A DNA stretch of 64,000 nucleotides from a virus. Its lineage: Duplodnaviria > Caudoviricetes. The position numbers and the translations under genes are program-made. Below the pieces are notes generated by a model. That model saw nothing but the letters and a program-made list of their open reading frames with translations, ran no database searches and was not told the origin of the DNA. This document shows, piece after piece, positions 1-9,033 of this stretch (the stretch's first letter is position 1; each line of letters starts with the position of its first letter). The stretch lies in the IMG/VR virus record IMGVR_UViG_3300020050_016625, positions 1 to 64,000 of that record. One strand, 5' to 3'.

Positions 1-69
1 GGTACGCGCATTTACATAGAAAGAATAAGATTCATTTCCTAATCTATATTCGGTTAAATAATGCTTCAT
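1..69 (-). CDS. 5' part of a cassette-borne ORF running off the window (MKHYLTEYRLGNESYSFYVNART...)
   Basis: ATG at 69-67, 23 open codons to the window edge, starting just after the attC-like site at 84-181. Confidence 0.5.
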   Translation of the reverse strand, partial: MKHYLTEYRLGNESYSFYVNART

Positions 70-83
70 AAATTAATAAAAAA

Positions 84-181
84 GCATAGAACATGTGCAT
101 GAGCGCAGAGGGCAGCGAATCGGCACACAAGGCAAACGCTCCGCAGCCCCCTCGCTCATGCTGGTCGTTATATGAAATGCC
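84..181 (+). other. attC-like recombination site 1
   Basis: GCATAGAAC (84-92), 4-nt spacer, GCATGAGCG/CGCTCATGC stem with unpaired C106, TGGTC spacer, GTTATATG (167-174). Confidence 0.7.
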
Positions 182-245
182 TTGCTGACCGTTTCTAATT
201 GAAGTTTCGTGAAGGAAAAACAAAAAGAAAAAAGCCACCGCACAT

Positions 246-884
246 TTAAAACAATACAGTTTGAGCATGTTCATTTTCAATTCTTTTTTTTGCTATCTTA
301 AAGTATTTCTCATCAATCTCAAATCCAATAAAGTTTCTATTCATATTTATTGCGGCAATACCAGTCGTTCCGCTTCCCATAAAACAATCAAGGATGGTAT
401 CACCTTCTTTTGTGTAATCCTCAATTATTTTTTTCATAAGTCTTATTGGCTTTTCGGTTGGGTGGTATCTTTTACCTCCATTGTCATTCACAAATCCACC
501 GTGCATTACTCTATACATTTTATCATATCCGCTTTTTCTACTTGTCCAAGCAAGTTCAAAAGGGCTTCCAAGTGCTTTGTCTGCACTTTCGTTTGTTCTT
601 TTATCCCAGCAAATCCACCTTCCTCTGTGTGGCAGATATTGAGAAAAACAATTTGCTCCAAAAACAATTTGCTCCATTTTCAATTCAAATAAGAAACTCA
701 AATCCATTCCTTCATCGCCTTGTATATCTCCATAGTCATTGAATGTCGGCAAATTGTTTTTCACAGCATTGTATCCAATTCCATAAGGTGGGTCTGTAAG
801 CAATAGTTTTACATTGCTTATATCAACCTTTGATAGTAGTTCTCTACAATCACCTTTATATATTTCAAAATTTCCTTTTCCCAC
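246..884 (-). CDS. DNA methyltransferase, N6-A/N4-C family (beta class), orphan
   Basis: DPPY motif IV near the N-terminus, HPTEKP, then LDCFMGSGTT motif I and GFEID. Confidence 0.92.
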   Translation of the reverse strand: MGKGNFEIYKGDCRELLSKVDISNVKLLLTDPPYGIGYNAVKNNLPTFNDYGDIQGDEGMDLSFLFELKMEQIVFGANCFSQYLPHRGRWICWDKRTNESADKALGSPFELAWTSRKSGYDKMYRVMHGGFVNDNGGKRYHPTEKPIRLMKKIIEDYTKEGDTILDCFMGSGTTGIAAINMNRNFIGFEIDEKYFKIAKKRIENEHAQTVLF

Positions 885-934
885 GCTTTTTTTTTCTTTT
901 TAGTGTTCCAATTAGGCTTTATCGTAAATAAGTC

Positions 935-1003
935 GGCACTTCATATAACAGCGGTTTGGCGGCATTAAAACGACCGCCAAGCCGCAAAACGTTCTTGGCA
1001 ATT
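935..1003 (+). other. attC-like recombination site 2
   Basis: GGCACTTCATATAAC (935-949), GCGGTTTGGCGG/CCGCCAAGCCGC stem, GTTCTTGGCAATT (991-1003). Confidence 0.7.
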
Positions 1004-1013
1004 AGTGATTTTA

Positions 1014-1463
1014 TTAGTTTGCCAAATCCCTAATATTTGAGAGTTCAAAACCGTACCACATTTTAGCTTCTGTTAAATGTTTCAAAGCGTAGTCAATTTC
1101 TTTTTTCCCTAAATCTCTATCGCCAAGATTGTCCGAATAAGGCTTAAACGATACAATAAGATTTTCAATTTCGCTCCTCATAAAATTGATGTCTTTCAAT
1201 TTATCGCCGCTAAGATTCAGCTCTCCCTCGTAATACTCTGCTGTTTTAGGAATGTCCTTCGCATCTTGTGCTGGTGTATAAGGGTTTGTTTCTCCAAAAG
1301 CAGCCTTGACTTTTCCTAACCATGCTTTTCCCATTTGAAGGGAACGCCAAGCAAGTGTTGTTTCTGCTGAACTTTTTAAGCCTGATAATGATGCTGTTTG
1401 AATCAATTCATCGCATTTTAAGCGAGAATCGTCAATAAATTCAATAAAATAATTCATAATCAA
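1014..1463 (-). CDS. Protein with two Acb2/Tad1-like helical-hairpin motifs (candidate anti-defence protein)
   Basis: SAETTLAWRSLQMGKAWLG and KEIDYALKHLTEAKMWYG both resemble the RExSLAxTKLEEAxMW hairpin pattern; resemblance judged by eye. Confidence 0.45.
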   Translation of the reverse strand: MIMNYFIEFIDDSRLKCDELIQTASLSGLKSSAETTLAWRSLQMGKAWLGKVKAAFGETNPYTPAQDAKDIPKTAEYYEGELNLSGDKLKDINFMRSEIENLIVSFKPYSDNLGDRDLGKKEIDYALKHLTEAKMWYGFELSNIRDLAN

Positions 1464-1489
1464 AAAATATTAAAATGTGAAATAAAATA

Positions 1490-1580
1490 AATTGCCAAGA
1501 ACATTTATATTGCCTCACATGCCGCCTAACCAACGCTACAAATCCAACAGGCGGCACGTAGTCAATATTGGTCATTATTT
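1490..1580 (+). other. attC-like site 3 with degenerate R' (ATT for GTT); right end of the cassette array
   Basis: AATTGCCAAGAAC (1490-1502), 4-nt spacer, ATATTG..TGCCGCCT/AGGCGGCA..CAATAT stem with an unpaired C, TGGTC spacer, ATT at 1574. Confidence 0.6.
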
Positions 1581-1793
1581 AGCGTAATTGATTCAATCAT
1601 TTTTGTTTATATGACAGTTTTTTTTAAACCTACTTGTATTTCTTTTTTCGCATATCGCTACATTAAGTAAAGTTAAGCTAATATACTTCTCACCGCCCTG
1701 CCATAAGATAATGAAATTAGTTTTTGAAATCTACATAGCGTGGGAGTTTTTTATCGCTAAGGTATTTATCTATCATTTCGATTTGTGCATTTG

Positions 1794-2255
1794 TCATTCT
1801 ATTTCTTGATTAGTTTCTTTATTTTCTTGCTCGTCTTGGTTTTCTTCATTAGTTTCAATAGGTAGTATTTCCATATACGCTACGTTTAATTTAGCGCAAT
1901 GTATTATCCTATTTTTTTCATGTAGCCTATTGATAGTATCGTATAATTCCTTAATCCTATCAATATAGTTAGTACCAACAAATTGAACTAAAATAGCCTG
2001 TATTTGCATTTCATTCAATCTGTACAAAGAATCTAAATACCAAGTTTCAGGCTTGTTTTGCTCCCAAATTTTAGGGAAATTACCCCTTACTTCAACAAAA
2101 GCATTACCTGTTTCATTTTTGTAATAATCTTTTTCATCTACATTTATAATATCGAACATAGATTCTTTTACATCTAAATGAAATGGTCTATAACTACCTG
2201 CTAAACAAATTTCGTATCTATAATATTTTTTCATATAGTTAGTTTTAAACAACAT
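1794..2255 (-). CDS. hypothetical protein
   Basis: ORF coupled to its upstream neighbour in a minus-strand operon. Confidence 0.7.
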   Translation of the reverse strand: MLFKTNYMKKYYRYEICLAGSYRPFHLDVKESMFDIINVDEKDYYKNETGNAFVEVRGNFPKIWEQNKPETWYLDSLYRLNEMQIQAILVQFVGTNYIDRIKELYDTINRLHEKNRIIHCAKLNVAYMEILPIETNEENQDEQENKETNQEIE

Positions 2256-2707
2256 TTTTTGGCTTTTTTGCCGCTACCACAAATACACAAACTATTGCGC
2301 CCGTTCTTTTCTACTTGTTTCATAATTTCCTTTATTTCCCTTTGCCGTTCCGCTTCTTTTTGGGCGTTTGCTTTTTGCTTTGCCTCAAAATCTGCTAATA
2401 CTTTAGCATAACCACAATCGTCTTCAATTATATCAAAATTGGTAGGAATAAGCATATTATCAAAACCCACAATAGAACCAAGCGTAAATAAATCAAAATC
2501 TCTCATTTTGCGGCTTTCTTTTGAAAGTTTATAGCGTTCAATTTGCGCCAAAACTTTTTCGGGTGCAACCTCACTTACATTGTAGGTATCGTCAGGATTT
2601 ACAGATGTATTGCAGGTATTACAGATATGCACCTCTTTCTTTTGGGAGAACAAAGTAAAATCATCGTATGTTTCACAATAAGTCCTTATCTTTTGTGGCT
2701 TATTCAT
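2231..2707 (-). CDS. SEC-C motif protein
   Basis: C-terminal GRNSLCICGSGKKAKKCC; N-terminal CxxC. Confidence 0.75.
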   Translation of the reverse strand: MNKPQKIRTYCETYDDFTLFSQKKEVHICNTCNTSVNPDDTYNVSEVAPEKVLAQIERYKLSKESRKMRDFDLFTLGSIVGFDNMLIPTNFDIIEDDCGYAKVLADFEAKQKANAQKEAERQREIKEIMKQVEKNGRNSLCICGSGKKAKKCCLKLTI

Positions 2708-3149
2708 TGAAATTATATGTTAGTTTGTATTTTATTAGTACATTTATTATGTTTTGTAATTCATGTATATATTTCGGAAACGGTACGCTAATTGTTTGCA
2801 CTCCATAAAAAAAATAGCCTTTATCTGTTTTATTATGGATTAAATGAAACATTGTGCCATTTGCGTTACATATAGGCTGCATATTTTTGTGGATAAAACC
2901 ATTTTCTGTTTTGCTATACCCTAAACCGATTAAAGTACTATCTGTAATTTCAATAGCACCTATTTCTGGGCGTATTGCACTTTTAAACTGTGAATTATCG
3001 GTAAAAGGTATCTGCGAAAACAATTGAACATAACGCTTACCTATATCATTCACAGTTACTAACATATTTTCAGGTTTATATAAAACCAAATTATCTAACA
3101 TGAAATCCATACTGCAATTATTAGTGATATAATAGCTAACAAAAAACAC
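2700..3149 (-). CDS. hypothetical protein (start probably about 3110)
   Basis: ORF overlapping the next gene by 8 bp. Confidence 0.6.
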   Translation of the reverse strand: MFFVSYYITNNCSMDFMLDNLVLYKPENMLVTVNDIGKRYVQLFSQIPFTDNSQFKSAIRPEIGAIEITDSTLIGLGYSKTENGFIHKNMQPICNANGTMFHLIHNKTDKGYFFYGVQTISVPFPKYIHELQNIINVLIKYKLTYNFNE

Positions 3150-3314
3150 AATGAAAATGTTTTAATTCTCATTGTTTTACCCGAAAGTATTACATCTATG
3201 CCTGTTATTTGCTCTCTATCTCTATTCATTTTCAGTAAAGCATAAACCCTACTTAGATTTACATACGAAATAAAGAACAAATAAAGTAGAAAATAAAAGG
3301 TATCGTTACTTTGC

Positions 3315-4124
3315 CTAATACTTATTTTGTCTGTTGCATAATTCAATATGCTTATCTTGTACTGCATTTTCTTTAATGTAAGAATGTAACATATCAAATA
3401 TTTCAAACATATCATCGTCCTTTGGTACTTCAAATAAAACCTTTATCAACTCGCCTTGTGGCATGTATGAAAGAAAATCCCATTTGTTTAACTCGCAAAT
3501 ATACATATTAAATTGCGTTTGACAATACCAATCAAACTTTGTTTGCCGCAACATATCTGCATTTTCGCATTGTAGCATATCCAAATATGAGTTTTCGCTT
3601 TGTGGGCATTTCATTTCAACACCGCTAATAATTTTACCACCTCTTGAATGAAAACCATAATCTACATAATCAGGACTACAACCCATTGTACTATCTGCAT
3701 TTTCCACAAACGCCACATCTCTATAACCTGCATACTCATTTTGCTTTGTGTTCACATACCAATCTTTTGCAAAGTCTTCGTAATAAGAACCCTTTGCCAT
3801 ATCCTTAGTTTGTACCTTTGGTAAATGTACACTTAATGGCTTACCTATCCTACGTTCCTCACATAAACGCAAACAAAGCCTATCTAAAACCGTTTTGCTT
3901 GCTAATTTATACTTATTTGGCTTTTTAGGAATAACACCTGCTTGGATATTATTAAGACTATCAAAAAAAGTAGTCTTTTTCTGCATTTCCTTTATATCCT
4001 TTTCAGTAGTTAAATTTATGTAATTATAAACCTCACTACCTGTTACTTTACCTGCACGCAAAGCAAGCCATTCTTTTGTGCGTTGCTCTACGTGCAGATG
4101 TATTTTATACTTAGTTAGCTGCAT
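3315..4124 (-). CDS. YqaJ/lambda-exonuclease-like recombination nuclease
   Basis: EQRTKEWLALRAGKVTGSE, GCSPD, EMKCP, QTQFNM motifs. Confidence 0.88.
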   Translation of the reverse strand: MQLTKYKIHLHVEQRTKEWLALRAGKVTGSEVYNYINLTTEKDIKEMQKKTTFFDSLNNIQAGVIPKKPNKYKLASKTVLDRLCLRLCEERRIGKPLSVHLPKVQTKDMAKGSYYEDFAKDWYVNTKQNEYAGYRDVAFVENADSTMGCSPDYVDYGFHSRGGKIISGVEMKCPQSENSYLDMLQCENADMLRQTKFDWYCQTQFNMYICELNKWDFLSYMPQGELIKVLFEVPKDDDMFEIFDMLHSYIKENAVQDKHIELCNRQNKY

Positions 4125-5265
4125 TTTCAGTTTTTTCAGATGCTAATTTTGCGGCTGCTTTTTCTGCCGCTAATTTCTCAAATCTTTGCTTTTCAATCAC
4201 TATCTTATCTGCAATTTCATTTTCAAGTGATGTAATTTCAGGAGACTTATTCATGTCAATATAAGCCAAAAACTTAATCTCATCTAAACCCCTACCTTGT
4301 AATTGATATGCAAATAAATTCCTTCTTATTGCATATAAGTAAGGATTCTCACTATCCTGTAAAGAAGCCATTACTTCGTTTTTATAAGTAGTATCAAATT
4401 GCTTGTTACTATTTGCAATATTGTCTAATTTAATATGTCTTAATAACTCATTAATATCTACAATAACCTTTTCAGTAATGTTTTCTGCCAATCCTGTTTC
4501 TTTATCGAAACCTTCGGGGATAGTATCGCTATAATCATTATCTAAATCGTATTGCGCCAAATCACTAAACATATCACTAAACACAGTACGGCAAAGGTGC
4601 AATAAGCTGCATTTTAAAGCCATTGATTCGTACCATTCTACCCAAAAAGAATCTTTTGACTTGGATTTACCCATACGTTTCAATACGTCTTCATTTGACA
4701 TAATTTGTGCGTATGTAGCTACAATAATACCTTTTTCATCTCTCACAATAGCATTTGTGTAGTAGAAATTAATATCATTACTATCTTTTGTAAGTTCACT
4801 AAAATTGCCACGTTTTCCTGTTACAAGTTCGCCTAATGCAGTCAAATCACTTGAAAATGAATCGCCATGTCTTGAAACGCCTGGCGTTAAATAAATACCT
4901 TTATCCCTACCTGCATTAATATAAGCATTGTAACCTATGATAATTTGCAACTTACCACCATACGGAACGGGGTGCGCTGTTTTCTCATGTGGATTAAATG
5001 AAAGATATTTGTTAGTACATACAATCCACAAGCAATAACGGTAAGAATCTATTGAGGCTGCTACCAATGCTTGGTTTTTCCACACCGATAAGGCAGAAAT
5101 TCTTTGCCAAAGGTATTCAATTTCTGCTTTTAATTGCAAAGGATTTAAGGCTTTTTCCTTAATAAAAGCCTCGTCATTTCCTATCTCAAATAACTTTATT
5201 TTGAACGCATCTACAACGACTTGCATTTGCTGTTCTTTCGTTAAAGGAACGGTATTTTGTGTCAT
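4111..5265 (-). CDS. RecT-like single-strand annealing protein
   Basis: HPVPYGGKLQIIIGYNAY and FWVEWYESMALK motifs; adjacent to the exonuclease. Confidence 0.8.
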   Translation of the reverse strand: MTQNTVPLTKEQQMQVVVDAFKIKLFEIGNDEAFIKEKALNPLQLKAEIEYLWQRISALSVWKNQALVAASIDSYRYCLWIVCTNKYLSFNPHEKTAHPVPYGGKLQIIIGYNAYINAGRDKGIYLTPGVSRHGDSFSSDLTALGELVTGKRGNFSELTKDSNDINFYYTNAIVRDEKGIIVATYAQIMSNEDVLKRMGKSKSKDSFWVEWYESMALKCSLLHLCRTVFSDMFSDLAQYDLDNDYSDTIPEGFDKETGLAENITEKVIVDINELLRHIKLDNIANSNKQFDTTYKNEVMASLQDSENPYLYAIRRNLFAYQLQGRGLDEIKFLAYIDMNKSPEITSLENEIADKIVIEKQRFEKLAAEKAAAKLASEKTENAAN

Positions 5266-5311
5266 TTATATATTTGATTATTAATTAATTACCTGTAAAT
5301 ATAACAAAATT

Positions 5312-6937
5312 TTAGCTATTTTGTTTGTTTTTGCTATGTTTTTCTGCATATTTTAACCAATCAGCATGTTGCAAATCTACCCATTGTTTAGAATAGCCTA
5401 ATTTTTTAGCAATAGCCTTTAACTCTTCCAAATTTGGATAGCTATTATCAGCTTTTAGCACCTCACAGAAATTAGCATAAATCTTATAATTACTAATATT
5501 ATGCTTTTTGCCTAACAATAATTCTCTATTGAAAATATCTATCCTGAAAATACCATTTACCACAATCAATCCAACGCCTTCAACTCCATTAGGATATTTC
5601 TTTTCAAACTGTTCTTTTGTTAGTATTAAGGTTAAATCGTCTTCTTTTACCTTAATACCTTCCATGAACGGTTTTTTGCCCTTCTTTTTTCCCATACCTT
5701 CAAAATATTCATACCAATCATGTTCTGCATTTGGCAAACCATGTTCTTCATAACAGTTTGCTAAATCAATTAGGATATAATGCGTTTTTCCTGTATCAGG
5801 ATTAGGACGAGAACCACGTCCGCACATTTGCAGGTATAGGCTTAATGACTTTGTAGGACGTGCTAAAATGACACATTCGCATATTGGTAAATCTGTGCCT
5901 TCTGAAACAATACCTACATTTACAACTACTTGGTAATTTCGTTTTGAAAAGTCTTCAAATATTTTCTTTCTTGAATCTTTATCCATACTGCCATCAACAT
6001 GCACCGCAGAAATACCTTTACTAAGGAATTTTTCTACAATATGCTTGCTATGCTTTACATCAACTGCAAAACAAATAGCTTGCTTATTATTAGCATATTC
6101 TATGTAGGATTGAACTATGTCTGCTGTAACCTCGCCGTTATCCATCAACTCACTTAACTCCTCTTTATCGTAGTCTCTCATTCCTTTCATTTGGGCATTT
6201 ATACGGTCAAACGCTGACTTATCAATATCAGGTATATGCAGCAAAGAAGGGCAAAGATGATTGTGTTTTTCTAACCAATAAACCGATTTACCGCAAACTA
6301 AGGTGTCATACAAATCCGTAAAGCCTAAACCTTCTAATCTGTATGGAGTTGCTGTTAATCCTAATATTTTACAGCCATGTTCTTTATGGGCTTTTATGAT
6401 TTTTTGGTAGGAATTTGAACGGCTGTGATGTGCCTCGTCTATGACAATTAAAGTCCATTGTGTTTTTACTTGTCTATCTGTGTTTTCTTTGTCTGCTTTT
6501 TTGCCTGAAAATAAATCTACCTTTGCTTTATGTTTATTTTTCTTTGTATAAAAGGTATCATCTGTATAAACTCTATTTACGTAGGTATCAACACTACCTA
6601 CTTGCACCATTGTATCCAAATTGGTAACACCTGACTGCACACGCCCACAAGCAACGCCCTCACTTAGTAGTGTATCTGCTATTTGGTCAATAATTTCACT
6701 TCTATGTGCTAATACAAGCACCTTTGCTTTAATGCCCTTTTTCTGCATTAATTCGCAATGGTCTAATATTAGTTTAGACATAATCACCGTTTTGCCTGAA
6801 CCTGTACCTGACTGTATCATAACAGCAGCAAGTTCCTTTATAAACATAGCATGGTTAGCGGAATCTATAACGCTTTGTTGATAAGGGCGTGCGGTTTTAG
6901 GCTTTACAACCAGTTGCTTTTGTATGGCTTGTTTCAT
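5312..6937 (-). CDS. SF2 DEAH-box helicase
   Basis: GTGSGKT, IDEAHH, GLTATP, EGTDLP, QMCGRGSR. Confidence 0.93.
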   Translation of the reverse strand: MKQAIQKQLVVKPKTARPYQQSVIDSANHAMFIKELAAVMIQSGTGSGKTVIMSKLILDHCELMQKKGIKAKVLVLAHRSEIIDQIADTLLSEGVACGRVQSGVTNLDTMVQVGSVDTYVNRVYTDDTFYTKKNKHKAKVDLFSGKKADKENTDRQVKTQWTLIVIDEAHHSRSNSYQKIIKAHKEHGCKILGLTATPYRLEGLGFTDLYDTLVCGKSVYWLEKHNHLCPSLLHIPDIDKSAFDRINAQMKGMRDYDKEELSELMDNGEVTADIVQSYIEYANNKQAICFAVDVKHSKHIVEKFLSKGISAVHVDGSMDKDSRKKIFEDFSKRNYQVVVNVGIVSEGTDLPICECVILARPTKSLSLYLQMCGRGSRPNPDTGKTHYILIDLANCYEEHGLPNAEHDWYEYFEGMGKKKGKKPFMEGIKVKEDDLTLILTKEQFEKKYPNGVEGVGLIVVNGIFRIDIFNRELLLGKKHNISNYKIYANFCEVLKADNSYPNLEELKAIAKKLGYSKQWVDLQHADWLKYAEKHSKNKQNS

Positions 6938-6981
6938 TGATATTCTTTTCCTAATAACAAAAAAAGCAGTTGCATTGTTTG

Positions 6982-7983
6982 TTATTTGCCCTGTAAAACA
7001 CTCTTTGCACTTGCGTTATTCATTATGTTGAAATTTCTGTCAAGTATGATATTTTCTATATTACAAATGCCATTATATGTTTCTATATAGATAAATCCGT
7101 TTGTCCAATTATTTACGCCTGTATAGCTTGGTGATAAGCTACACAAACAGCCGCCTATATGTACTTCTACTATTTTGTCGTAAAAAGGCACTATTGCATG
7201 TTGCGACCTATGCAAATGTTGATAGATAAGATTTACCCCTGCATTTACAGCCGTTTGTCTTGCTGCATTAATACCACCACGTAGAAAAGATTTTGATTCA
7301 TGCCCATGTGCAATATAGAAATTCCCTACCTGCATTAATTGATTGCTTGGCACATACTCAATACCAAAGTTTGCATGTTTTAGTAGATTTTTCAATTCAA
7401 ACTCCTCAACGCCTAAAACGGCTGTATTTTGCTGTATATATCTTTCATGCCTGTATTCATGGTTTCCAAATTTATGTATGATTGCGGCTTTTGGGAATAG
7501 CTGGCGCAAATGCTTGAAAAAGGTTATACATACTTGCAACTCCTCACTAAAAGAACGGTGGTCGCTACTTTTTTGAAAACTACTTTGTTGATAGCAGTCT
7601 ATTAAGTCTCCATTAAGTAAGATACAATCAACATTTTTATATTTGCCGTATTTTAAGCCTATTAGTAGGGCTTTTAATTCATGGTAAGGGAAATGTATAT
7701 CACTTAAATCTAAGATTCTTTCATAGCTTAAAACAAGATTTTTAGGCGCAATATCGCAAGCCTCACCTTGTGGAAAATCCATGAATGTAAGTTCAATATC
7801 TAAGATAGATTCATTTTTAACTACAACATCTGCTACTTTTAATACATTTAATTCCTTTGCCGCTAATATAAAACTTTCCGCAGTACTACGTGAAACATTA
7901 AATTCTTTCATTACTTTTTCCCTACCAAATAGACCCTGTCTAAGTTTTTGAGCTATGATAGCTATAATTTGTGAATTTTCCAT
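6982..7983 (-). CDS. calcineurin-like metallophosphoesterase with N-terminal HTH-like segment
   Basis: SDIH, NGDLID, GNHE, HGHE, HLH motifs. Confidence 0.85.
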   Translation of the reverse strand: MENSQIIAIIAQKLRQGLFGREKVMKEFNVSRSTAESFILAAKELNVLKVADVVVKNESILDIELTFMDFPQGEACDIAPKNLVLSYERILDLSDIHFPYHELKALLIGLKYGKYKNVDCILLNGDLIDCYQQSSFQKSSDHRSFSEELQVCITFFKHLRQLFPKAAIIHKFGNHEYRHERYIQQNTAVLGVEEFELKNLLKHANFGIEYVPSNQLMQVGNFYIAHGHESKSFLRGGINAARQTAVNAGVNLIYQHLHRSQHAIVPFYDKIVEVHIGGCLCSLSPSYTGVNNWTNGFIYIETYNGICNIENIILDRNFNIMNNASAKSVLQGK

Positions 7984-8077
7984 ACAAAATAATTTATTTA
8001 GATGTGATTAATACCACAAATATATACTATATATCAATACATTACAATATATTTACAAATAAATTATCTTTTTTAAC

Positions 8078-8103
8078 AAAAAAAGCCCGTTTCACAACGG
8101 GCT
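8078..8103 (-). terminator. intrinsic terminator with UGUGAA loop
   Basis: AGCCCGT-TGTGAA-ACGGGCT followed by a T-run on the minus strand. Confidence 0.75.
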
Positions 8104-8194
8104 AATATGAAAAACAATAATAAAACAGAAAAGATGTATTTTTTTCAATGTGCGGCATATTGTCGCAACATAACGCACAATGAAAAAAAACCTC

Positions 8195-8791
8195 CTAACT
8201 AAATCCTAAAATCCTATCAATGAATCTTTCGTTTGGATTTAAACCAAAATACTTTCCTTTTACGGTTACTGCATTTTCATAGCAGCCTTCAAAGAAATTA
8301 GCAAAATGAGAAGAATAGCATATACCTAAATAAGGCTTTTTACTTGCCGCTACCATTGTCTCAAAAGAAGTACTTCCTGTAATAGGTAAGCCAAACATCT
8401 TTTTTTCGCTATAATGGTCTAAAAATAAAACATTGTCGTAATTTTTAATGACTTTTACAAGGGAATCAAATGCGATTTCATGCGCTGTTTCGTGCCAAAA
8501 TGCCACTTGGATTTGCGTAAAATGATGCTGTAAATAAGGCTGCATACGCTGTATCTCTAATCCAAAGTCGCTATTATCTGCCGTTATAGTATTCCCATTT
8601 ATATCTGTATTGGCAATAACGCACGAATCACATTTGAAACCTTGCAAAGAACTGCATTTCGTTTTGCGCACCCGTTCCATTTCTTTCTTGATAATGCCGC
8701 TAAAAGACGTATGATTTGCGACAATAAGAAGGGATTGCGGAAAAACGATAGAAAAATTAAGCATGAGAACCGAAAATAATAGCTTTTTCAT
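8195..8791 (-). CDS. exported hypothetical protein
   Basis: signal-peptide-like MKKLLFSVLMLNFSIVFP-Q. Confidence 0.7.
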   Translation of the reverse strand: MKKLLFSVLMLNFSIVFPQSLLIVANHTSFSGIIKKEMERVRKTKCSSLQGFKCDSCVIANTDINGNTITADNSDFGLEIQRMQPYLQHHFTQIQVAFWHETAHEIAFDSLVKVIKNYDNVLFLDHYSEKKMFGLPITGSTSFETMVAASKKPYLGICYSSHFANFFEGCYENAVTVKGKYFGLNPNERFIDRILGFS

Positions 8792-9009
8792 ATTTTCTTT
8801 TGGTTACAATGACTGAATAATCTTATGCGCAATAGACTACACAGAAATGCACTTGCGTTTAATTTTCAACTTAGTACCATGCAAGACTAATATCCAAGTT
8901 ATTTTCTTTCTAAGTGCCATAATAGGCTGTGATTTGCTGCGAGTTTCCATTTTCAGGAAATGGCAGATTTGAACTACATTTGAGGCTCTCATGCGAAATA
9001 TACTACTAT

Positions 9010-9033
9010 AACGGATTGAGCAATGAAAAGGTT
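9010..9033 (-). promoter_or_regulatory. ECF-type promoter AAC-N17-CGTT
   Basis: minus strand AACCTTTTCATTGCTCAATCCGTT. Confidence 0.55.

Noticed and set aside
44-280. 78-aa ORF in the track
   Set aside because: It runs through the attC-like hairpin and a T-rich spacer; the ATG at 69 is the more plausible gene start.
261-742. Plus-strand ORFs 261-692 and 446-742, and similar antisense ORFs inside the helicase, primase, dnaN, tape measure and LRR genes
   Set aside because: Shadows of well-supported genes on the opposite strand with no motifs of their own.
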